In this document: positions 1 through 10,404 of the stretch, piece after piece
How positions within the stretch are numbered: position 1 is the stretch's first letter
Layout: each line of letters begins with the position of its first letter
Assembly: GCA_013115145.1 (NCBI GenBank)
Contig: JAAPAO010000303.1
Span: 1-41,403 of the forward strand
Reading direction: 5' to 3'
Source: Perkinsus chesapeaki ATCC PRA-425
Taxonomy: Eukaryota; Protista; Perkinsozoa
Length of the DNA stretch: 41,403 nucleotides
Made by a program: the position numbers and the translations under genes
Notes under the pieces: model-generated
Told to the model about the DNA's origin: nothing
Database searches by the model: none
Seen by the model: the letters and a program-made list of their open reading frames with translations, nothing else

Positions 1-118
1 CGAGTATTCAGTGTACGGGTGGTGAACGAAGTGAAAGTGTACGAGTTTTCGGTGTACGAGACATGATACACCCACTTATTCTGTTGTGTAGCGGTAACTG
101 ACGGATCCGGTTCCTGCA

Positions 119-2978
119 ATGGTTCGGCGTGGTATAAGATCTATTCCTGCTCGTGCTCGTCGACGTGAACGACGGTCCTCTTCTAGAAGATACGGACGGA
201 GACTGTTCCGTTTTTTCAAGTCTATCGCTAGCTCTTCTTATGACTCCACCCCTCCTGCCCCCCTCGTGTTGTCTACCAAGATGAACTCTGCATCTTACAA
301 GCTAATGTCTGTGGCATTAGGCAGCGTCTTGCACTGCTCCACGGTCGAGCCCGGTCAGCTGATGCCTCTCTAATAATTGCTTGTGAAACTAAGATTGATG
401 ATACGGTTGAGGATGGTTCACTCGCTCTTCCCGGGTACTCAATTAACTCACGTAGGGACCGCAGCTCTCATGGTGGTGGAATTCTTGTCTGGTCGAAAAC
501 TCATCTCAATGTTACTGAGATAGATGTTGCTGATAATGCCGAGGCTGCTTGGATACTTGTATCAACTGTACTTGGTAATATCTGCAGTTGTTGCTGCTAT
601 CGTCCACCTGGTACCACTGAGGTTGAAAGGTACTTATCTTCTTCGCTTCATAAGATCTCGGTTTTCAACCCTGTGACTATTGTTGTCGTTGGCGATTTTA
701 ATAAGCATAATCTCGAAGGCCTATACTCCACTTCGAGAAGCCTTGGACTCAAACAACTGGTTCGACAACCCACACATGTCCTAGGCGGTACTCTAGATCT
801 AGTATTCACTAATGCTGATGGAAGTATGGTTAAAGCTTGTGCTGACCCAATTGAGGCACGGATTTCTGACCACGTTTGCACCATTACTTCTATCCCGATT
901 GTCCTCACTGTCAATTCCTCCGGTAACTTTCGACGTGGTTGGGACTTTAGGGCTGCCGATTGGGGCTCTTTCCGCTCCTATGCTAAGCGCAAACTGCGTA
1001 GAAATCTGTTCTCGCATGGTTCTCCCGACCACGCGGCTGCTCATCTTGAATCAGTCATTCACTCTGGTATGGCTAAACACATTAAGGCTGTGGATATCCC
1101 TATTGGTCGTTGTTCAGTTCCTTGGTGGGATAGTGACTGCGACGATGCTATCGCTTTGCTTCTGACTGCTACATCCACCGATACCAGAGATACTGCTTTG
1201 GAAGTCCTTGATGCCAAGCGACTTTCTTATTGTAATAAAGTGCGTGAGCTACTTGTTAACTGCAAACTATCCTGTAAGAGGTTTCACGCTCTGGCTAAGG
1301 AACTTTCTCTAAAGTTTAGAGTCTAAACACTAAGGTTAAGTCTGGTAGCGTCCCTCCTTTAGAATTAGATGAAGGAGTCCTCACTACTGACGATTATGAT
1401 AAAGCTGAAGCGCTAGCTCGCCACTTTCAAGGGAAAATGGTATTACCCCCTGCCTCTGGTCCGTTTGATGCCGGTGAAAGAGTTCCTGATTCAAACTCTT
1501 TGACTACAATTACCATTGACCGCTGTGAGGTTTTAGCTATACTTAAGCGTTTAAATGTCTCCAAGGCTGCTGGCCCCTCTTGCCTTGGCCCCCGTGTCTT
1601 TCGAGAGCTCGCAGATATACTAGCAACCCCCTTATGTTTGCTCTACAACAATATTGTCAAGCGTGGACAGTGGCCTCGTTCATGGAAGACTAGTAATATT
1701 TGCCCTATTCACAAACGTAAGTCCAAACGAGATGTTAAGAATTATAGGCCCATTGCTTTGCTTGAAGTATCTTCAAGGGTTCTAGAACGCCTCATCTCGC
1801 AAAAAACTTGTATCACATGCCCTAGGTGCGAACATTATATCTCCTGACCAAGCTGCATTTCTACCTGGCCGTGGAACCTCTGATTCTATGTGGGAGTTTA
1901 TCACTGATGCTATCTTGTCTATGAATGATCGCAAAAACTGGTATGCTCTACAGACGGACATCGCAGGTGCTTTCGATCGGGTCGATCGACATCTTCTACT
2001 GATCCGACTAGAGAATTGTGGCATCCGTGGCAAACTCCTACACCTACTACAAAACTACCTTTCCGACCGCCGGTTTAGAGTCGTCTGCGGTGGAGCTCAC
2101 TCCACACTATTCTCTGAGATAGCTGGTGTCTGCCAAGGTTCTTGCCTTGGCCCTATTCTATGGCTAATCTACTTTTCACCCATACAGCCTGCTGCTACTA
2201 TCGCTGCTGGACCCGGCCTATCCACCTACACCTTCGCTGACGACCACACGCAAGGATCTAGCAGCCGCGACCAACTAGATAGAGGAGAATCAGGAGCCCT
2301 GCGATTCACTGCTGGTGCCAGGATAACTATGGAACCATCAAAAAAGGTTCTGAATTGCTTTACTAACCGAGCTCGCTCTACTGCTGATAGTTGCCCCATC
2401 CTACTAGGACTTCGGATTGACCCCGGTCTTACTATGTCCGTACACTTCGACCATGTTCTCAAGCGAGTTGCCGTGAGAACGGCCCAACTCCTTCGACTCC
2501 GACCCTTCATGGACACTGAGCAACTAGGGCGTTGCTTCAAACAGTACTGCTGGCCATATTTGGAGTATGGCATGCCTGGTTTTATTCATGCTAGCGAAGC
2601 TCAGTTAAAGCGACTTGATGCCTGTCAAGACCGTTTCCTGGAACTCACAGGTTGCTCTCTCCCGTCTCTTGGATGGAGGCGACATGTGGGTATAATGACT
2701 TGGCTTTACAAAGTTATAGTTCTACACAGAGGTTTTCCCCATTCCAGGCACGGTTCACTATAACTCAAGGACAGAGTCGTTACAATACGCGTTCCACCTC
2801 CCGATCGCACTCATACCAACTCGAGATCAGGAAGAAATCAGATGACATAGTCATATACCGTCGGTGGTGTAGGGCTCTCGACGCATGGAATGCCCTCCCG
2901 TCCTCTGTATTTCCTGAAGAGCGCACAAGGATTGATCACTTCAAAATAGCCGTATCATTGCTGAATCGTTTTTTGTAA
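119..2978 (+). pseudogene. LINE-A ORF (APE-RT) interrupted by four single-base frameshifts (~260, ~1320, ~1803, ~2738)
   Basis: ORF pieces 119-262 (frame 2), 244-1326 (frame 1), ~1320-1806 (frame 3), ~1801-2740 (frame 1) and ~2739-2978 (frame 3) join into one contiguous APE-RT protein. The 119-262 piece as N-terminus is the least certain. Confidence 0.85.
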
Positions 2979-2985
2979 AAAAAAA
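119..2985 (+). mobile_element. Non-LTR retrotransposon (LINE-A; APE endonuclease + RT, CR1/L2-like C-terminus) ending in a short poly(A); 5' end not defined
   Basis: Frame 1 from 244 reads ILQANVCGI..ETKID..PGY..RRDRSSHGGG..YRPP..VGDFN..GTLDLVF..SDH (APE motifs). It is followed by KAEALARHF, AAGP..WK..I.PIHK..NYRPIALL, TDIAGAFDRV, GVCQGSCLGP, TFADD and YNTRS..WNALP..FK. The stop TAA at 2976-2978 runs into an A tract ending at 2985. Confidence 0.92.
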
Positions 2986-3395
2986 TTATTGTCCCAATCA
3001 ACTTCTGTCGAAGATGGGTCGTACTGTATGATATTCTTGTGAGCCAAGGACCCAGCTCTGCTGGTGATCAGCTGAGAATCTTTCTTGCTGTGAGAGCTTG
3101 GTCCTTGGTGGGGACTGCAATACAAGTTCGCGCCTCTGGTCCCGAGAGCGCCTCCCCGCCGGAGATAACCGCTCGGTTCGCAGTCCTCCTTTGGAGGAGC
3201 TGTTGTTACGCGAAAACATGGAGATCTTCAGACCGCCGGGGGCACCAACTTTCCAAGGACATCTGGGTGATTCTGAATCACCGATATGAATCACTGATTC
3301 ATACATTGACATCCTAGCCTGCAGGGAAATTGAAGACGTGAACTTTGAACTAGCACCCTCTGTGGGTTATCATCTAGCCATGCTCGCTTCGTTTA
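2986..3395 (+). mobile_element. LINE-B remnant, part 1: decayed APE endonuclease
   Basis: LVLGGDCNTSSRLWS..LEELLLRENMEIFRPPGAPTFQGHLGDS (3098-3289), then DSYIDILAC..SVGYHLAML. These match the APE GDFN / PTF..S.ID / SDH motifs, with stops and a small duplication near 3275-3295. Confidence 0.75.
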
Positions 3396-3475
3396 ATATT
3401 AGTTAACTCGTTAACGCCGGTAAAACCGGAAAACACGCCAATTGTATCCTCCAGCACAATGGCGAAGCCATTGTG
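3392..3475 (+). repeat. Split direct repeat A1 (truncated at its 3' side by internal deletion)
   Basis: Identical to 5222-5305 (tttaatattagttaactcg...gccattgtg). Confidence 0.95.
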
Positions 3476-3479
3476 CTAT

Positions 3480-3974
3480 CCCCCTCTGGCTTCGGATGCT
3501 TCGGCGAGCGGTCTTGCCGGTTTCTTTGTCTGCCATGGGTAATCCCACTACTGGAGTTGCAAATCGAGCTCTCTGCCTTCCCAGGTCAAGAAGGAAATAT
3601 TTAGAGACAAAATGTCCTTAGTATCATCCAGTTCTGATATTGCAGCTTTGGAACTGATTGCCTGTTTATCGACCCTCTTTGCGGCCCTTAGCCTGCAACC
3701 AGATTTCTTTGACGAGATTTCGGCCCCTATAGTCACCTTGAATGACAACCGTAACGTCGTAGCGATTCTGCCAAAGGCCTATAGCAGATCCTCAAGGATC
3801 CAATGGATTCTTAGGAAGCCGACTCGTTTCCTACCAAAGGTCATCAATCACCTTCGGGTTTTCCACATTTCCTCTGAACAGAATGTTCTAGCGGACTCGC
3901 TATCTAGAGGTCTTTTTCCTTCCCTCAATCCTAACTGGCTGCCTTTCGAAGCTAACTTTGATTGGCTGTTATGA
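3480..3974 (+). pseudogene. DIRS/Ngaro-type RNase H fragment
   Basis: SDASASGLAGFF (3492-3527), in-frame TAA at 3540-3542, then DIAALELIA..LNDNRNVVAIL..HISSEQNVLADSLSRG, giving the D/E/D/D catalytic pattern. Confidence 0.85.
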
Positions 3975-5004
3975 TTTGCTTGCCTTAGATACTAAACGTA
4001 CTTCGGGCGGCTCAAAGGCAAGCGTTCTAACGTGCGACAAGCCAAAGAGCAACGACTTGGCCGATTTCATGCACCTTTCTCTCGCCGATTCGACCCACAA
4101 GTTGTACAATTCTGTCACCGGTATCTATGCGCAATTCACAAGCCCGGGCTATCCTTTCCCTCTCGAAGTCACGACCTTACAAGCCTTTATCTATTGCATG
4201 GCCAAGTCCGGCATGTACAAGCTTAGCTCTATGCACACCTATGTCAAATCGCTAAAAGCGAGCAATTTGGCTCTGGGCCACAAGCTCTCCAAAATCCAAC
4301 TACACGGGCTGAAGGGTGCGCTTCGCGCAGCAGAAAGGTATTGTGGACCCTGTGCCCTGTCCCAAAAAAGGGCCCTCAGCAAAGCTGAGATAATTGCGGT
4401 TTGCGCAGTAAAAACTTTACCTGGCTGCAAAACCAATTTGCGTTGTCTCAAAGTGGCTACGCTTCTCGGTATATTTGCTATTCTTAGAGCGCGAGAAGCT
4501 CTAGCCTTACGTAGGGAAGATGTCTCCTGGACTAAGTCCAGCATTTCCGTTTGTATCCGGAAGAGCAAAACCGACCAAGCTGGTATTGGACACAAGGTCA
4601 CTTTTGGCTGCGTAGGTTGCATAAGGCCTCAAAAGTCCCCCCTGCCGCATTGCGGAATGCACCAACTGGTGAACTGGCTCCAGTCATTACCAAAGTCTGA
4701 TAGCGAGCTCGTTTTTGCTGAACTGTCTTATGATAAGTGACGAACCGCCCTGAAAGCTGCGGTATCTTTTGTCTCCGGTAACCCAAATGATGATGTGGCG
4801 GTCCACTCACTCCGTAGGACGGGAATCCAGCTACTATGGGCGGCGGGGTATAGTCAGTTACATCTTGAACAATTCGGCCGCTGGAAGTCTGATGCGATCA
4901 AAGAGTATCTTCGGGACGTTACCCTCCAAAACACTGAAACCTACGCCGCTCAGATGATGGCCCCTCGTTTCAGTACCCGTCGTAGCTCTGCGCGTGTAGG
5001 CTAG
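3958..5004 (+). pseudogene. Tyrosine recombinase (phage-integrase fold) with one premature in-frame TGA at 4738-4740
   Basis: ORFs 3958-4740 and 4795-5004 are in the same frame. Motifs: ILRARE (R), IRKSKTDQ (K), VHSLRRTG (HxLR), GRWKSDAIKEYL (W, Y). It overlaps the RNase H ORF end, as in DIRS/Ngaro elements. Confidence 0.92.
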
Positions 5005-5016
5005 TAGACCCGCAAT

Positions 5017-5225
5017 GGGAGTGCCTGGGCCTAACTTAGCCCAGCCTATTCGTGCACCCGTTTGTCGCTCACTGCCATCGGCAGAAACGCTGACATCCGC
5101 GGGTGCGCGGGTCTCAACCCTACTCCCCAGTTGCTATGGCTCCGGGGCCATCATAAATGATGACTATTTCTTTTAACTCTGTTTGTAGTGTTATTTCTTC
5201 CAATTGGGCTGTTGGCGAGGTTTTA
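5017..5225 (+). repeat. Split direct repeat B1
   Basis: 209 bp matching 5427-5635 with one mismatch seen (A5202 vs G5612). Confidence 0.95.
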
Positions 5226-5305
5226 ATATTAGTTAACTCGTTAACGCCGGTAAAACCGGAAAACACGCCAATTGTATCCTCCAGCACAATGGCGAAGCCA
5301 TTGTG
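5222..5305 (+). repeat. Split direct repeat A2 (portion shared with A1; full A2 probably extends to 5426)
   Basis: Identical to 3392-3475; overlaps B1 by TTTA. Confidence 0.93.
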
Positions 5306-5426
5306 TGCTGGCGCGCTTGAGCTGTCCCCCTCTCACAAGGAGACACTAGCTCTGCAGCCTCTTTTGGTCCTCTTCCTGTCTGCATATTTGATCGTGTTTT
5401 CTTTTCCCCGTTGCCTCACCAAGCCC

Positions 5427-5635
5427 GGGAGTGCCTGGGCCTAACTTAGCCCAGCCTATTCGTGCACCCGTTTGTCGCTCACTGCCATCGGCAGAAACGC
5501 TGACATCCGCGGGTGCGCGGGTCTCAACCCTACTCCCCAGTTGCTATGGCTCCGGGGCCATCATAAATGATGACTATTTCTTTTAACTCTGTTTGTAGTG
5601 TTATTTCTTCCGATTGGGCTGTTGGCGAGGTTTTA
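5427..5635 (+). repeat. Split direct repeat B2 (3' terminus of the element)
   Basis: Copy of 5017-5225, ending ...ggcgaggtttta. Confidence 0.95.
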
Positions 5636-6060
5636 CAAATACGTCACCAACCAACACGTAATCTACTGTCTCTAAACAAAAGATACTCGACCCGAACGAG
5701 CTGGAACACCTTCATCCAAGTTCTCGACAAAGAGTCTTTGTCAAAGACCCAACTCCAGCTCCAAAGTCGTTTCCCGCACTCCATCTTAGAACCTCGTTTA
5801 CCAAAATACTTGACCAGCGCCTTAGCGACGCTGTGAAAAGATCGACATCCAAGACCGACACAAGTCTCATCAGCACCCGTAAACCACAACCACTATGGTG
5901 GAGCAAAGACCTAGAGAGACTCCAGAAGGAATATCACAAACCGAGCAGGAAAGCAAGGCAAAGCAAAAAGGTAAATCAAAGTTCTATCTGCCCAGAGACG
6001 GCGAAAGTGTAGGTCTATAGAGCGAGTTATAGGACGAAGTTGAGCAAGCCAGCACAGGAC
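5636..6060 (+). mobile_element. LINE-B remnant, part 2: APE-RT linker
   Basis: RYSTRTSWNTFIQVL and PLWWSKDLERLQKEY..YRASYRTKLSK resemble the W..F and PWW..L..L linker motifs of LINE ORF2. Decayed; right boundary approximate. Confidence 0.6.
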
Positions 6061-6622
6061 CACGAAACGGCGGGCACGAGCGCGGTTTGCTACACAAGAT
6101 TCCTGCATGTTCGGGGAGTGCCGCGGCCGGCGGGAAGGGGGCCTGTTTGGTTCAGCCTTGTGGAGGACGCTGAAGCAGGTCAGCACAGTATTATTTATTT
6201 TCTAAGTAAGGGGGGCGGAATGGGTCGTGATTACTCGGTAAGGGAGTTTCTAGTTTTGAAGGTGTTGTGTTATCGCGGGTGTTCCAATAGGTTGGACGGG
6301 TGCGGTGTCGGTTGAGGTTGGCCTCACCGGCGGGTGGCTGAACCCACTGGTGGTAGGGTCTCTCTCCGAGACATTTGTGCGCACCTGACTCATGCACTGG
6401 CATGGGTACACCTGCAGTAGTATGGCTCAAGTTGTGCCGACCACCTTGCGCAGTGCGGTTCTCTTGCGTTTTCCCATGTACGGCCACCTCCTTGTGTGTG
6501 TGGCTCGTTATTGGTCAATCAAGGGACTGCAATTGCGTCGGGGTGCTTATAGGTTGGTTTTATTTTTCCTCTATCGTTTTCGCCACAGTCGGTTCGCTGT
6601 AGTTTCTTGTCGGGCGTTGTCT

Positions 6623-7665
6623 ATGACTTCTCTTACCTTGTTATCGTTCGGCGCGGATGAGAAGGGGTTCGCCCGGTTGCGTTGAGGGTGTTGAGTCTGG
6701 TGAAGGTGACAACCAAGGAGGATCTGCACGATGTGATGGAGGATCCCTCGGTCTGGAAAGCTATTGTCGCCGAGCGCGCTAAGACGGTGGTTGCCGAGGA
6801 GGGCAAGCTGGTGGCGGAAGGAGCCCAGGGCAGTTCTTCTGCCCCAGGAGATTCAAGCTTTTATAAGTCAATGATGGTTCCGTTGCTTGAGATCAAGTTC
6901 AAGGGATTGTTTACGAATGCCTCTCGGTCTCTCACTGTTGGGGTTGACGATGTCGCTGAAGTGAAGAAGGGCAGAGAGATGTTTGTATCCGAAGCGTTAA
7001 AGTGCCTTAAGCTGGTGCATATCGACCTGGTGGTGCCCTCAGCCACAGTTTTGGACGCGGTGTAGCGAGATCCTTCCGCTTATATTGAGTTCAGAGTGCG
7101 GTCGGAGGAGGCATCAGCCCGTCGTGAGGAGCACCACTTAGCTACTGACAGGGAGGGTGCAGAGGTGGTCGTTAAGATGCCCAATAAGGGCAGGGAAGTT
7201 ACGTCCTTGGACGAGTGGCTCCTTGAGTGTGTGGGGTGGGGGAGTGTGTGGGGTGGGGGACGGCCGTCTGCATGGCTATCGGTTCCCATTGCTATGTGGT
7301 TATGGAATATACCGCTAGGATCGCTGATATTACCAAAAGAGTGGGTATTGCACAGGCCCTAGCCCATGACCGTAGGTATAAGTCTAACATGGGTGTGAAG
7401 GTGAAGCGGTTGATGGAGGCGCGCAGCCTGGACAGAGCTAGAGCATTCGAGGTCTACATGCGAGAGAGCACCGATAGCGAGCTGATGGCGCAGACTTACG
7501 CGAGGTTACGCCCATTGCCTGTGGCAGCGAGAGGACGGCAAGATCAGAAAAGTGGAATGGGAAAGGCTGCGAGGAGGTCTGATGGGGCAGGTTTGACCCC
7601 TGGTGTGTGCAAGTATACGTCATCTAATTGTCCTTTCAACCCGTGCAAGTATAGATTGCATTCAG
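6623..7665 (+). pseudogene. Decayed gag-like ORF1, probably from a second DIRS/Ngaro-type element
   Basis: Pieces in frames 2/1/1/3 (frameshift ~6682, TAG 7063, frameshift ~7230). Contains YVVMEYTARIADITKRVGIAQALAHDRRYK and a C-terminal CKYTSSNCPFNPCKYRLH zinc-finger-like motif resembling YR-retroelement ORF1. The family assignment is inference. Confidence 0.45.
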
Positions 7666-7679
7666 AGGAGGTTAGTCAG

Positions 7680-8254
7680 GTTGGTAGGCTTTGGACACTG
7701 TCAACGGGTGAAGCTGGTTAAAAGAGTGCTGCATTGGAAAGCTGACAGCGACAGGAGAAGACTGTTTGAGCTCATCACCTTCCACAACAATACAAAAGGA
7801 TACCAACAACACTTCACGCAAGAACGACTAGACACTTCCTGCTGCAGATACTGTCGCAACTACAGAGAGGAGTACGACCTGGCACACTTCTCCTGGTGCC
7901 CGTTCGAGAAACTGGCAAGGTTCCGGCAGCAGGTCTGGCGCGACAGAAGGCTGAGCCATCCCCTATCCGGGGGGCTTATCTCTGCCGGAGTGGCACCCAT
8001 TCGAGACTCTATCGTCGGAGACAACAGCGGGTTGATGAAAATAAGTCGATTCCTCAGAAGAGTTGCCCCTCCATGGGCTGGTAAACTGAAGAGAGAAGAA
8101 GAGCGGTGTGTTGTTGTTGTTTACTCCACATTGAAGTACATGTTGCAGTATGGATAGTAATCGGACATGTCCATACATGATAAACTGAAGAAGCACGACG
8201 CCCTTCATGGCGAGAAGCCGTACAGTCATACTACCCTGCCTCCGGATAAATAAA
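7680..8254 (+). mobile_element. LINE 3' end (ORF2 C-terminal CCHC knuckle, 3' UTR, TAAA tail); probably LINE-B part 3
   Basis: LFELITFH..CRYCRNYREEYDLAHFSWCP..ARFRQQ..ISRFLRR matches the TGH..CxxC..E...H...CP..FL pattern of R1/Tad/I-type ORF2 C-termini. Stop at 8157; ggataaataaa at ~8245-8255, after which the composition changes abruptly. Confidence 0.7.
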
Positions 8255-8626
8255 TATTATTATAATTTAAAGCATTAAGGGTTTATTAATATTATTGTGT
8301 TTTAACCTCCTCCTCCTTCTCACCAATATGATTGAAAGCCCTTATTATTATTATTCAAACATCGAACAGTTGAATTCCCTTTTGAAATGAGTTATTCAAC
8401 ACTCGTAATCGTTTTGTCTAGTATGTGATATGTTATTATTATTACGTACTATATGATGATGATGTTGTTCATGGTTAATAAATATTATTTATTTAAAGTA
8501 CGCATATTATTAACAACAAGCACATCGTCGTCCTCTTGGCTTCGATTGATGATGATGTTTATGCTTGTCTTCTTTTTATAATGGTAGTCTGGTTATGGAG
8601 TAATATCATTATTTTATTATTTATCA

Positions 8627-9772
8627 TTAATATAATATCTGATTATCTATACAACTTGGTGCAACAACTGTAAATGGTTTCCTTAATTGAACGTATCTAG
8701 AATAATAATAATAATAATATATAACAGTATTATTAGTCAACCCTAGTAGTAGTATTAGTATTACGGTCCGCTACTAGGGGTCCTTATAACCCACCATAAT
8801 TCATATCTACCAGCACATAATCGAGATGTATCAATATATGTTGTTGAATAACCACTATATAAGACATTATCATTATTTAAAGCTACCTGTAATAATAATA
8901 ATACTACACATTATTATTATTACATCAGCAATAACTTGTTTAATTTCATCTAGTAGTACATTTCTTTTTTGTGCTAAACTTAAAGTATTAGTATCATATG
9001 ATGATGCGGAGGATGAGGAGGAGGACGTGGTGCCAGAGGTCGGGGACGTACCGGAAAGCAGTACTATAATAATATTAAAGGGTATGTATCATTATAAAGC
9101 ATATTATTATTATTGTTCTTGTTGTTGTTGTTCTTGTTACCTCCTTTTCTCCCTTCTGATCTATGTATTTCTATATATGTACCACAGTTAGGATCTCTAT
9201 CATATATTGTATTACTACATGTTGGTATTTTAGAATTTTGAAAATAAGCAATATGCATATCATCACCTTCAATTCCAGCAATAACATCATTTGGATTATC
9301 CTTTAATAATATTAATAATATTAATTATTATTCTTACTTGACACGCAGCCTCGTTTGAATTTAAACAACATTCATCGTATTCATATCCACCAGATATAGT
9401 TCTATTACGACATGGATCAATAAGTATATCAATTTGATAATATATAACCCATGTACGGGGTAACAAGTTTAATCTTGATGGTGTTATAATACTTGTATAA
9501 TCAAAATCATTAATAAGTCTCATCTTATAATCAGTCCTAATATAAACAAGTCATTATTATTATTATTATTATCATCATTATCATTATATATACCTTAATT
9601 TTGTTAAATATTGAGTAGTATATGAATATTCTTTTGTTGCATATTCATTATCTGTGCCCCATCCACTTCTTATTAAATTCACATCATTATTATATACTTT
9701 TATAATAATCAAATAATATATTATTAAATATGATAATTTGAGTAGCGGTAATAATGAGGTTGATGATATCAT
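8627..9772 (-). CDS. Putative secreted cysteine-rich protein, 6 exons, function unknown
   Basis: Phase-consistent GT-AG joins (exon 1 9772-9594, exon 2 9536-9338, exon 3 from 9300). Hydrophobic N-terminus, then IDPCRNRTISGGYEYDECCLNSNEAACQ..DPNCGTYIEIH..IDTSRLCAGRYELWWVIRTP..YVQLRKPFTVVAPSC; stop at 8629-8627. Confidence 0.7.
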
Positions 9773-10013
9773 ATAAATAATAATACTAGTATTATTATTA
9801 TTACTATAAATTATTACTACTTAGTAATACTTATTATTTCATATATAACCATCCCAATATTATCACAGCATTATTATTATAGTAGTAGTAGAACAAATAT
9901 TAATAATTATCATCATATACTTCTTAACATAACCATCATTTGTTAGTATAATCATTATTAACAACAACAACAACAAGAAGAACAACAACAACAACTCAAT
10001 GATTTTATATAAA

Positions 10014-10240
10014 TAATATTAAATTANNNNNNNNNNNNNNNNNNNNNNNNNNNNNNNNNNNNNNNNNNNNNNNNNNNNNNNNNNNNNNNNNNNNNNNNNN
10101 NNNNNNNNNNNNNNNNNNNNNNATTATTAATAATACATGATAATAATAATAATAATATTAAATTATTAATAATACATGATAATAATAATAATAATATTAA
10201 ATTATTAATAATACATGATAATAATAATAATAATAATAAT
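10014..10240. repeat. 39-bp AT-rich tandem repeat spanning an assembly gap (10027-10122)
   Basis: attattaataatacatgataataataataataatattaa at 10123-10161 and 10162-10200, with partial copies on either side. Confidence 0.85.
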
Positions 10241-10361
10241 AATAATCATATGTGATAAGTTTTATACTATAACAACAACAACAACAACTTTAAGCATGAC
10301 ACCGCCGCCACCACCACCGCCGTTAATGATAATAATTACTATCCGTAGTAGTAGTAGTAGC

Positions 10362-10404
<43 letters not shown>

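Larger units (their letters stand above)
3392..5635 (+). mobile_element. Ngaro-like (DIRS order) tyrosine-recombinase retrotransposon; internally deleted (no gag/RT); split direct repeats A1...B1-A2-B2
   Basis: It carries a DIRS-type RNase H and a YR ORF with no methyltransferase between them. The 84-bp A repeat lies at 3392-3475 and 5222-5305; the 209-bp B repeat lies at 5017-5225 and 5427-5635. Removing the element rejoins the LINE-B coding remnants. Confidence 0.88.

Noticed and set aside
3540-4740. In-frame TAA (3540) and TGA (4738) as possible stop-codon reassignment or selenocysteine readthrough
   Set aside because: Both are in a deleted TE, neither is at a Cys-like catalytic site, and all host genes read cleanly in the standard code once introns are removed.
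5017-5635. B repeats as LTRs of a small LTR element or as a CRISPR-like array
   Set aside because: No TG..CA ends, PBS/PPT or TSD. With the A repeats and the YR gene they fit split direct repeats, and no spacer-separated short repeats occur anywhere in the window.
6410-6431. Resemblance to the Perkinsus/dinoflagellate spliced leader (acc...tggctcaag; 13 of 22 positions match ACCGTAGCCATCTTGGCTCAAG as I recall it)
   Set aside because: The middle does not match, no GT donor or Sm site follows, and it lies inside a TE fragment. Compatible with chance.
8826-9191. Plus-strand ORFs 8826-9191, 10215-10505, 20906-21211, 27561-27877, 28489-29039 and minus-strand ORFs such as 37050-37508, 33117-33353, 24523-24723
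   Set aside because: Antisense shadows of real exons or microsatellite runs, rich in Ile/Leu/Tyr, with no motifs.
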